From contig JBKPMM010000134.1 of the NCBI GenBank assembly GCA_046732155.1, positions 1 to 38,770 of the forward strand: a DNA stretch of 38,770 nucleotides, read 5' to 3'. How positions within the stretch are numbered: position 1 is the first letter of the stretch; each line of letters begins with the position of its first letter. The position numbers and the translations under genes were made by a program. Positions 9,381-17,419 of the stretch are shown piece after piece. This DNA comes from Chloroflexota bacterium (GTDB lineage Bacteria; Chloroflexota; Limnocylindria; Limnocylindrales; CSP1-4). The notes under the pieces were generated by a model that worked only from the letters and a program-made list of their open reading frames with translations, ran no database searches and was not told where the DNA came from.

Positions 9381-9620
9381 TTAGCTGGAGGCGGCTCCCG
9401 GCGGGCGCACGCCCGACGACCCAACGGTTTCGCTGTCGGTGCCCGATTCCGCACTCGCCGGCGCCTCCGACGTCGCCCCGACGAGCGCCTCGTATGCCGC
9501 GCGTTGTTCCTGGGCGATCATCCGAAGTCGTACCCATTCCGCTGTCCACGGCGTCGCGTCACGGAGCGCTCGGGTCGTCGTGTGCCAAGCCTCCAAGGCA
9601 TCCAACGCTTCACGGCTCAT
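9381..9620 (-). CDS. Small hypothetical protein (79 aa)
   Basis: ATG preceded by AAGGGA; MSREALDALEAWHTTTRALRDATPWTAEW resembles the neighbouring small ORF. Confidence 0.55.
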   Translation of the reverse strand: MSREALDALEAWHTTTRALRDATPWTAEWVRLRMIAQEQRAAYEALVGATSEAPASAESGTDSETVGSSGVRPPGAASS

Positions 9621-9810
9621 CTGGCTATCCCTTTAGAACACCGGTCGTCGAGGCTGTCATCGTATCGCTGCCTCGTCGCGGCCGCCCTTCCCGTCGCGGC
9701 CGGAGCGACAAGCTGGCGTCGCAAGTCCTGCGATCGACGCCTGAGAGGCTTCGTCGTCACAGGACCTCCAGGGCTCGGCGCACAGCCCCGATTCCTGCCA
9801 CAGTTCAGAT

Positions 9811-10629
9811 ATGGCGGAGGCTGCAGGCCACGACGACGGCGCTCACGCGACCGGGCCCCTGGCCGGCCAGGTCGCGATCGTCACGGGTGGCGCGAGGGGC
9901 ATCGGACAAGGCATCACCACGCGCTTCGTCGGCGACGGCGCGACCGTCTACATCGCCGATCGAGACATCGACGCCGCTCGCCAGACAGCGCGTGAGCTGG
10001 CAGCGAGCGCGACGAGTGGCGGTCGGGCCGAGGCTCTCGAGGTCGACGCATCAGATCGCGAAGCTGTCGACAGAGCGGTCGACCGCGTCGTGTCGGATAC
10101 GGGTCGTCTCGACATCTTCGTCGCGAACGCGGGGATCGGCGGCCCCACGCCATTCCTCGACACCACCGATGCGACGTGGGACCGCGTGATGGCCATCAAC
10201 CTCCGCGGTGCCTTCATCGGCGTTCAGACGGCCGCCCGTGCGATGCGGGCCGCCGGCCGCGGCGGCCGGATCGTCGTGACGTCGTCGACGAACGCCTTCT
10301 GGATGGAGACGGGCCTTGCGGCCTATAACGCGTCGAAGGCGGGTGTCCTGGCGATGGCGAGGACGGCAGCGATGGAGTTCGCACCGCACGGCATCACGGT
10401 CAACGCGGTCGGTCCCGGATTGATCGCGACGGACCTGACCCGGGCTGTCACCGACGACCCGGCGAATGCGGCCCAGTACCTGCGGCAGATCCCGATCGGC
10501 CGGTTCGGGACGCCGGCCGACGTCGCCGCGGCCGTCGCGTTCCTGGTCTCGAAGGATGCCGCCTGGATCACCGGCCACCTGCTCGTCGTCGACGGTGGGC
10601 AGACGCTGGGAACGCCGTTCCCGGAGTGA
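9811..10629 (+). CDS. SDR family NAD(P)-dependent oxidoreductase
   Basis: TGGARGIG, ANAG, catalytic YNASK, PIGRFGTP, VDGG. Confidence 0.9.
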   Translation: MAEAAGHDDGAHATGPLAGQVAIVTGGARGIGQGITTRFVGDGATVYIADRDIDAARQTARELAASATSGGRAEALEVDASDREAVDRAVDRVVSDTGRLDIFVANAGIGGPTPFLDTTDATWDRVMAINLRGAFIGVQTAARAMRAAGRGGRIVVTSSTNAFWMETGLAAYNASKAGVLAMARTAAMEFAPHGITVNAVGPGLIATDLTRAVTDDPANAAQYLRQIPIGRFGTPADVAAAVAFLVSKDAAWITGHLLVVDGGQTLGTPFPE

Positions 10630-10645
10630 CCGGGAGTGGCGCGGC

Positions 10646-11746
10646 CTAGCTGGCCGCGATCTGCTCCCCCGCCGGGATCACGGTCACGGGATCGAACCCG
10701 AGCCGGACCGTGCCGTCGCGTCGCATCAGTGTCAGGCGTTCGTTGCCACTCACGTCGACGCGGATCTCGCGTCCGCCGATATCGACGCGGACCTGCGCCG
10801 TCGCGCCCTCGAAGATCACACGGTCGATCGTGCCGTCGAGCACGTTGGCGAACCCCGCCCCGTCGCCGTCCTCGACGATCTCGATGTCTTCCGGACGCAC
10901 ATACGCGACCACCGACTGTCCGACCGACAGCCCCGGTCGCGCCGCGCCCCGGATCGTGTGGCCGAGCGCCTCGATCAGCCAGCCGGCATCGTCGCCGTCG
11001 CCATCGCGACCCGCGACCGTCCCCCGAAGGCCGTTGTTGGCGCCGATGAACTCGGCGACATACGGCGTCTGGGGCTGGAGATAGATGTCTGTCTGCGTCC
11101 CGATCTGCTCGATCCGACCGCTGTTCATCACGACGATTCGATCGGAGATCGCGAAGGCCTCGGACTGGTCGTGCGTGACGTAGATGGCGGTCTTGCCGGT
11201 CCGCCGCTGGAGGTCGAGGATCGAGTACTTGAGCGTGTCGCGCAGGTTCTTGTCGAGCGCGCTCAGCGGTTCGTCGAAGAGCAGGACCCGCGGATCCGTC
11301 GCAAGCACCCGGGCTAGCGCGACACGCTGTTGCTGGCCGCCGGACAGCTGCCCCGGCAGCCGGGCCCCATACCCTTTCAGCCCGACCATCGCGAGCATCT
11401 CCTCGACGCGAGCGGCGATGGCGTCCTTCTTCTCGCCCTTCACGGACAGCCCGAACCCGATGTTGTCGGCCACCGACAGGTGCGGGAAGAGCGCTGGCGT
11501 CTGGAAGACGAACCCGATGTTGCGTTTGCGCGGGGGAAGCCACGTCACGTCCTGGTCGTCGAACAGGATCCGCCCACCGCTGGGCTCGATGAGGCCGGCG
11601 ATCATGCGCAGGGTGGTCGTCTTGCCGCAGCCCGAGGGACCGAGCAGCGTCACGAACTCCCCATCGGCGACCTCGAGCTCGAAGTCGTCGACGGCGACGG
11701 TCGTGCCGTACAGCTTGCTGACGCGGTCGAGCCGGACGGTAGACAT
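10646..11746 (-). CDS. ABC transporter ATP-binding protein (PotA/FbpC-like, C-terminal TOBE)
   Basis: GPSGCGKTT, LSGGQQQRVALAR, DEPLSALD, THDQSEA. Confidence 0.9.
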   Translation of the reverse strand: MSTVRLDRVSKLYGTTVAVDDFELEVADGEFVTLLGPSGCGKTTTLRMIAGLIEPSGGRILFDDQDVTWLPPRKRNIGFVFQTPALFPHLSVADNIGFGLSVKGEKKDAIAARVEEMLAMVGLKGYGARLPGQLSGGQQQRVALARVLATDPRVLLFDEPLSALDKNLRDTLKYSILDLQRRTGKTAIYVTHDQSEAFAISDRIVVMNSGRIEQIGTQTDIYLQPQTPYVAEFIGANNGLRGTVAGRDGDGDDAGWLIEALGHTIRGAARPGLSVGQSVVAYVRPEDIEIVEDGDGAGFANVLDGTIDRVIFEGATAQVRVDIGGREIRVDVSGNERLTLMRRDGTVRLGFDPVTVIPAGEQIAAS

Positions 11747-12585
11747 CAGATCAGGTAGGTGCCCTTGAGATAGCGGGTCCCGAAGACCCGGAAGAACACG
11801 AGGATCGCGCCGAACGAGATCAGCTGCATCGTCACGGCGAGCGCGGCCGTGGTCGGCGCGAGGCCCGCGGTCCGGACCAGGTTGAAGACACGCAGCGGGG
11901 CGGTCGTCACGTCAGGTGGGTGGACGAACAGCGTCACGAGGTACTCGTTGAACACGATGATGAACGTCAGCATCAGCCCGGCGCTGACACCCGGACCGAT
12001 GAGTGGGAACACGATCCGCCAGAACGTCTGGAGGCGCGTCGCCCCGAGGCACGCTGCGGCTTCCTCGAATGCGATCGGCAGGTCCTTCAACGCCACGACG
12101 ATCGGGGAGAGCATCAGGGGGAACGTCCCGACCGCCATCGCGAAGACGAGTCCCCAGATGGACGTCGTGAGGTGGTACGTGAAGTTGTAGACCAGGACGA
12201 GCGAGATCCCGATGACTGCACCCGGCACGTACAGCGGCAGCGTCACGAGGGAGTACAGCGTGCGCTTGCCCGGGAACTGGTAGCGGACGATCGCGTAGGC
12301 GCCGGGCAGTGCGATCACCAGGTTGATCGCCAGGGTCAGGCCGGCGACCAGGAAGCTCTGCCGCAGGTTGTCTCCGAAGCTCCCGAGCACGTACTGGAAG
12401 TTCTGTACCGCGTACGTGCCGCCCGGTCCCGTCAACGAGTATCCGAGCAGGGTGAGGAACGGCAGGACGAACACGAACAGGACGAGCCAGATGTAGAGGT
12501 GCGCCGACAGCTCGCCAAGGCGCCGGCGCGAGAAGCGCCGTGGTGGTGCCGCTGCCGGTACCGTCCCGGGCAGGGGCGTCGTCAC
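11746..12585 (-). CDS. ABC transporter permease (PotC-like)
   Basis: EAA loop FEEAAACLGA; hydrophobic helices. Start GTG 12585 or TTG 12594; the track N-terminal extension overlaps the upstream gene. Confidence 0.88.
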   Translation of the reverse strand: MTTPLPGTVPAAAPPRRFSRRRLGELSAHLYIWLVLFVFVLPFLTLLGYSLTGPGGTYAVQNFQYVLGSFGDNLRQSFLVAGLTLAINLVIALPGAYAIVRYQFPGKRTLYSLVTLPLYVPGAVIGISLVLVYNFTYHLTTSIWGLVFAMAVGTFPLMLSPIVVALKDLPIAFEEAAACLGATRLQTFWRIVFPLIGPGVSAGLMLTFIIVFNEYLVTLFVHPPDVTTAPLRVFNLVRTAGLAPTTAALAVTMQLISFGAILVFFRVFGTRYLKGTYLI

Positions 12586-12590
12586 TGCGC

Positions 12591-13487
12591 TCAATCGACC
12601 AGCGCTCCGCGCGAATACCGCAGCGAGAAGTAGCTGACGAGCACGGCGATGACGAGCAGGACGACGCTCATCGCGCTGGCGAGCCCGTAATCGGTCTGGA
12701 CGACACCGCGCTGGAACAGCGTCCACGCGAGCGCCCGCTGCTCGTTGATCGAGCCGAGCAGGACCGGCTCGGCGAAGGTGCCGATGTTCCAGCCGAACAC
12801 GATGAGGACGCCCGCGATGACGCCGCTCCGTGTGAGCGGCAGCAGGACCCGCCGGAGCGTCTGCCACGGTCTCGCGCCGAGACATGCGGCAGCCTCCTCG
12901 AGCTTCGGGTCCACGTTGCTCAGCGCCGCTCCGATGCTCATCACCATGAAAGGGAACGTGAAGATCGACATCGCGAACACGACCGACGGCATGCTGTACA
13001 GCACGGCCGTGCTCTGGATCCCAAGGGCCTGGAACAGCGGGGTGGCCGGGCCGCCTGGGAGCAAGATGAAGCGCATCCCGAACGCGATGTACAGCGCGCC
13101 GAACATCGGGAAGACCATGAATGCGCGGACGACGTCGCGATAGCGGATCCGCCGAACGAGGATGTACGCGAACGGGAAGCCGAAGATCAGGTTGACGAGC
13201 GTCGCGAGCGCGGCGAGCTCGAGAGTTATGAGCACGTTCGGCAGATACCGGCTCAGGACGAGCTGGTAGTTCTCCGACGAGTAGACCGGGCCGGTCGCCG
13301 ACAGGTACGACGAACCCTCGCTGAAGCTCATCTGGACGATGAACGCCATCGGGAAGTAGAGGAACAGCGCGACGAGGATGGCCGCGGGCGCGACCATGGC
13401 GAGCGCGACGAGCTTGCGGTTGCGCTCGCGCCGGCGCGACTCATCCGCCACGACGGGCATGGGGAGGCCGAGTGGCTCAGCCCTCAT
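12591..13487 (-). CDS. ABC transporter permease (PotB-like)
   Basis: LEEAAACLGA, DYGLASAMS, about six TM segments. Confidence 0.88.
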   Translation of the reverse strand: MRAEPLGLPMPVVADESRRRERNRKLVALAMVAPAAILVALFLYFPMAFIVQMSFSEGSSYLSATGPVYSSENYQLVLSRYLPNVLITLELAALATLVNLIFGFPFAYILVRRIRYRDVVRAFMVFPMFGALYIAFGMRFILLPGGPATPLFQALGIQSTAVLYSMPSVVFAMSIFTFPFMVMSIGAALSNVDPKLEEAAACLGARPWQTLRRVLLPLTRSGVIAGVLIVFGWNIGTFAEPVLLGSINEQRALAWTLFQRGVVQTDYGLASAMSVVLLVIAVLVSYFSLRYSRGALVD

Positions 13488-13557
13488 CGATCACCCTTGG
13501 TCGAAGTGAGTCGGCGTCCCCGTTCAGGCGACCGGGGACGCCGCTTGCGCTTGCAGT

Positions 13558-14832
13558 CTACTGGCCGATCTTCGACGCGTAGTAGTCCTGCCACTCCTTC
13601 TGGGTGGCGTTGTACGCCTTCCAGTCGACCTGCTTGAAGGCCTTGATCTGGTCGAGATTCGGGAAGTAATTGAAGTAATCCTTCGCGAACCAGTCAGGGA
13701 TCTGATCCACGTAGTCGGGCCCGAGGAAACCCTCGCTGAGCTCGCTCCACGGGCCGTGATCGATCGGCCATGCGTTCGGGAATTGGACGTCCTTCGCGAG
13801 GCGCCAGTTGATGAACACCTGGGCCAGGACGGGATGAGCCGCACCCTTCGGCACCCACAGGTAGCCATTGACCGGGTAGATCGCCGACGGCACGAGCAGC
13901 GCCGCATCGGTGTTGCCGCCGAAGTACTCGAGCCGGGCGAGGCTGTTCCAGAAGCTGACGGCGTCGGCCGCGCCTGACCGCAGCAGCTGCTGCATCTCCG
14001 CCGAGTCCGGCGTGTACTTGAGGACGTTCGGACCGATGTTGGCGACCGCCCAGTCGACGACCTCCTTCATCTGGTTGACATCCTTGTAGTCCTTGCCGAG
14101 CTCCGAGGCGAGGCCAAGGAAGAGACCGCCGTTGGTGATATCACCTGGCGGAGGCAGGACGACCTTGCCTTTCATCCGCGGATCGGCGAGATCCTGGAGC
14201 TTCGTCATCCAGCCGGCGCGGCCCTTGCTGTACACGACACCCGGGAACGCGGTCGACTGGAAGGCGATCGTCGTCGGGTCGTGCTTGAAGATGTCGAGGA
14301 CCATCCCGGCGTTCGGGATCAGATCCGACGGGAACACGTTGTCGACGAGCCCCTGGTCCATCGCGTCGGCCCAGTAGTTCTCCTCGATCGCGAGGACGTC
14401 GTACGGCGCCGGGTTGCCGCCGGTCTTGGCCGCGGCGAGCTTCGTCAGGTAGGTGCTCGGCTGCTGGCTGCCCTCGTAGGTCAGCGTGATGTCCGCGCCG
14501 TACGTGTCCTTCACGTACTTCTGGAACTGCTTGACCAACTCGTCGTTGGCGGTATACGTCCAGTTGCCGACGACGACGCTGCCTTCCTTGGCGATCTCCG
14601 CCTTGATCTCGTCGTCAGTCATGTCCTTGTTGAGGATCGAAACGTGCTTCGTCCCCGCGGCGGCGCTGCCGGACGCGGCCGGAGACCCCGCGGCACTCGC
14701 GATCGCACTCGCAACGGCGGATGCCTGGCCACTGGCGAGTGGTTGTGAGCTGCAGGCGGCGGCGACGAGCGCGATGACGGCGATCAGCGCCGATAGCGCT
14801 CGCGACCACCGCCGCGTTCCGATGGTCTGCAC
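13558..14832 (-). CDS. ABC transporter substrate-binding lipoprotein (PotD/Fe3+/thiamine cluster-like)
   Basis: GAGGAGGAGG RBS before GTG 14832; lipobox VAAAC; DLADPRMKGKV; PKGAAHPVLAQVFINW. Confidence 0.85.
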   Translation of the reverse strand: MQTIGTRRWSRALSALIAVIALVAAACSSQPLASGQASAVASAIASAAGSPAASGSAAAGTKHVSILNKDMTDDEIKAEIAKEGSVVVGNWTYTANDELVKQFQKYVKDTYGADITLTYEGSQQPSTYLTKLAAAKTGGNPAPYDVLAIEENYWADAMDQGLVDNVFPSDLIPNAGMVLDIFKHDPTTIAFQSTAFPGVVYSKGRAGWMTKLQDLADPRMKGKVVLPPPGDITNGGLFLGLASELGKDYKDVNQMKEVVDWAVANIGPNVLKYTPDSAEMQQLLRSGAADAVSFWNSLARLEYFGGNTDAALLVPSAIYPVNGYLWVPKGAAHPVLAQVFINWRLAKDVQFPNAWPIDHGPWSELSEGFLGPDYVDQIPDWFAKDYFNYFPNLDQIKAFKQVDWKAYNATQKEWQDYYASKIGQ

Positions 14833-14910
14833 CGAGACGGCCCTCCTCCTCGTTCCGATCAGGACGCCTGCGCCGTCGTCCCCAGGGCTGCAGGATGGGT
14901 GGCATCCTGC

Positions 14911-14956
14911 GGTTGAACGTTGACGCTTGACGTTACCATTCGGGCCGAAGGATACT
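14911..14956. promoter_or_regulatory. Divergent promoter with candidate LacI-type operator(s)
   Basis: TTGACG(14927)-N18-GATACT(14951) on +. CG-centred pseudo-palindromes TTGAACGTTGAC and TTGACGTTACCA overlap the -35. Hairpin GCAGGATG-N5-CATCCTGC at 14890-14910. Confidence 0.45.
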
Positions 14957-14965
14957 CCGGGCCGC

Positions 14966-16096
14966 TTGCCAGTCAATAGGACGACGCGTCGCGAGGACCG
15001 CACGATCCCACCCAAGGCCAAGCCCAGGTCCGTCGACGAAGCCCGACGTCGCAGGGGGTCCGCATCGACCACGCTGCGCGATGTCGCTCAGCGGTCTGGC
15101 GTGTCGGTGACGACGGCATCGCGGATCTTGAACGGCCGCACGTCGGGTGTGCCGATCCGCGACGAGACCCGCGGTCGCGTGCTGGCGGCGGCCGCCGACC
15201 TCGGTTATAAACCGAATCTCCTCGCGCGCGGGTTGCGTGGCAGTCGCAGTTCGCTCATCGGGGTCATCGCACGCGACGTCTCGGACCCGTTCCACATCCA
15301 GGTGCTGCAAGGCATCAACGAGGTGACCCGCGCGCGCGAGTTCCGGCTCTTCCTGGGCCACGTCGACTACCGCCCCGACGTCGCGCTCACGTATGGGTCG
15401 ATGTTCGAGCGCTCGCACGCCGACGGGATCATCGTGCTCGGTGACCTCGTCGACGGGACGTGGTCGCTCGCCGACCTGACGACCCATCACCGCTACGTCG
15501 TCGGCGTCTCCGACCGTGTCGGAGCCGGGGCGTTCCCGGGCGTGTATTCCGACGCGCACGAAGGAACCCGTCTCGCCCTCGAGCATCTGTGGGGTCTGGG
15601 TCATCGCAACATCGTGTGCGTCTCGGACCCGGCGACGGAGGACCAGCGGCTGCGGACCAGACTCTACGAGGCCTTCATGCGCGACCACGGGGTCGGCGAC
15701 CTCGCGGTGGCGCATCCCATCGGACAGCCGGACCCCGAGCCGAGCTATCGCCTGGGGCTTGAGCTGTTCGCGGCCAACGGGACGCGGCATCCTCCGACGG
15801 CGATCTTCGCGACGTCGGACACGATCGCGATCGGCCTCCTACGCGCCGCGTATCAGACCGGCGTCGTCGTCCCGCGCGATATGTCGATCATCGGCTTCGA
15901 CAACATCGCGATCGCCGCCTACACCGTGCCGCCGCTCACGACGATCAGCCAATCCGGGGAAGAGATGGGTCGGCGAGCTGCGTCGCTACTACTGGACATG
16001 ATCGAGGCAGACGACGGGGTCGATCGATACGGGGACGTCGTCCTCGAGCCGACGCTGATCGTGCGCGACTCGACCGCGCCGCCGCCGAGCGCGTAG
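14966..16096 (+). CDS. LacI family transcriptional regulator
   Basis: TLRDVAQRSGVSVTTASRILNG HTH, YKPNLLARGL, PRDMSIIGFDN, PPLTTI. Start uncertain; the track TTG at 14927 coincides with a likely -35. Confidence 0.9.
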   Translation: MPVNRTTRREDRTIPPKAKPRSVDEARRRRGSASTTLRDVAQRSGVSVTTASRILNGRTSGVPIRDETRGRVLAAAADLGYKPNLLARGLRGSRSSLIGVIARDVSDPFHIQVLQGINEVTRAREFRLFLGHVDYRPDVALTYGSMFERSHADGIIVLGDLVDGTWSLADLTTHHRYVVGVSDRVGAGAFPGVYSDAHEGTRLALEHLWGLGHRNIVCVSDPATEDQRLRTRLYEAFMRDHGVGDLAVAHPIGQPDPEPSYRLGLELFAANGTRHPPTAIFATSDTIAIGLLRAAYQTGVVVPRDMSIIGFDNIAIAAYTVPPLTTISQSGEEMGRRAASLLLDMIEADDGVDRYGDVVLEPTLIVRDSTAPPPSA

Positions 16097-16130
16097 CCAA
16101 GAGCGCCGGTCAACCCCCTATCCTCGGCAC

Positions 16131-16754
16131 ATGGACCGCCCGAGCCTGCTGCGGCGTGCCCTCGCACTTTCCGTCGTCAGCATCGTCCTCAACGGTGTGC
16201 TCGGCGGGATCGCCGTGGTCGTCGGTATGGCGACCGAGAGCGTGTCGCTGCTCGGCTTCGGGCTCGACGCGGCCATCGACTCTGTCGCGTCCGTCGTCCT
16301 CGTGTGGCGGTTCCACACAGAGGTCCGCGAGCCGCATCGGGCAGAGCGGATCGAGCGGATCGCCGAACGTGCCGTCGGTGCCGTCCTGATGGGTGTCGCG
16401 GTCTATCTGGCCGTGTCCGCGGTGAACGCCCTCGCGAACGGCACGCACCCGGAGGCGAGTTTGGTCCGGACCGTCCTTCTCCTCATCGCCGTCGTGGCGT
16501 TGCCGCCGCTCGCGTTCGCGAAGTACGCGACCGCCCGCGACCTGGGGAGCGGTGCACTGCGCGCCGACAGCATCCTCACGGGCATCGCGGCCCTGCTCGC
16601 GCTGATCGGTCTTGGGTCGCTCTTACTGGACGTGGCAGCGCACATCCCGTGGGCCGACGCTGCGGGTGCGCTCGTGATCGCCGTCATCGTGGCCAGGGAG
16701 GGGTGGTCGTCGGTCCGGGCTGCGGAGAGCCACCAGCCACTCTCGGCCGAGTAG
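16131..16754 (+). CDS. Cation efflux (CDF)-like membrane protein, TM domain only
   Basis: SVSLLGFGLDAAID, LGSGALRAD, WADAAGAL; six hydrophobic helices; leaderless TATCCT-6 nt-ATG. Confidence 0.75.
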   Translation: MDRPSLLRRALALSVVSIVLNGVLGGIAVVVGMATESVSLLGFGLDAAIDSVASVVLVWRFHTEVREPHRAERIERIAERAVGAVLMGVAVYLAVSAVNALANGTHPEASLVRTVLLLIAVVALPPLAFAKYATARDLGSGALRADSILTGIAALLALIGLGSLLLDVAAHIPWADAAGALVIAVIVAREGWSSVRAAESHQPLSAE

Positions 16755-16837
16755 CCATCCACCGGGTAGCAAAACTGCCACCGATCATCAGTCAGGTGGC
16801 TTAGCTACACCGAAGCGCCGCGTTCACGCGCGGACAC

Positions 16838-16886
16838 GAATAGGTATCACGCCCTATTCCCGTACGGACGTTCACTTTCTTACCGT
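16838..16886 (+). promoter_or_regulatory. Inverted repeat GAATAGG-N8-CCTATTC plus -10-like TACCGT
   Basis: Perfect 7-bp inverted repeat at 16838-16859; TACCGT at 16881-16886, 6 nt before a stable hairpin. Confidence 0.4.
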
Positions 16887-16891
16887 CTGCG

Positions 16892-17280
16892 ACAGACCCG
16901 GCTCGCTCTTCCCCCTGGCGATCCGGGTCTGCTGATTCGTCGGGCGGTCGCGCGGACCTCCCGGCAGGGGGAGGGTCGGAACCGGGACGGGGGTCTCGGG
17001 ACCGGCAAGGGGGAATGAGCCCGGATCCGGGACGGGGGTCCTGGATCCGGCTCCCCTCAGCGGACGAGGCGCAACCTGGGGGCCTTGGGGGCGACGGGGC
17101 AGGAAAAAAGGTCCGAGGTGGCCCCTTCGCCGGCGTAGGCCGGACGGCGGGTACGGGGCCGAGCGCCGACCGGACGCCACGGAGTCGGCCGAAACCGTCT
17201 CCCTGGCCCTCGGGACAATCGCTCGGTTCCGCGTGATCCTCGGACCCGCGACTAGCGTACGCCCGATCCGGGCGCACGAC
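16892..17280 (+). ncRNA. Candidate structured non-coding RNA of unknown family
   Basis: No credible ORF. Serial hairpins: 16893-16931 (C-rich loop), 16955-16977, 16982-16999 and 17021-17050 (GGGG loops; 14-nt repeat CCGGGACGGGGGTC), plus long-range stem 17110-17118/17238-17246. Confidence 0.45.
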
Positions 17281-17419
17281 CAGCCATGTCAAGGCCACCC
17301 GGCGGACTGCCGACCGGGACCATCGGGGGAGGACGGAGCAGCCGGACGCCGGTGCTAGACTCCGCGGCCTATCGCACCGGCCGGGATCGGTGCCACAGAC
17401 GCAAAGGACCGTTCCGCCC

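Noticed and set aside
16755-17390. Identification as RNase P RNA, SRP RNA, tmRNA or a known riboswitch
   Set aside because: Only loose resemblances (CAGGAAAAAAGGTCC, GGACGGAGCAGCC). The conserved cores (GAGGAAAGTCC, CAGG..GGAAG..AGCAG, tRNA-like ends) are absent on both strands.
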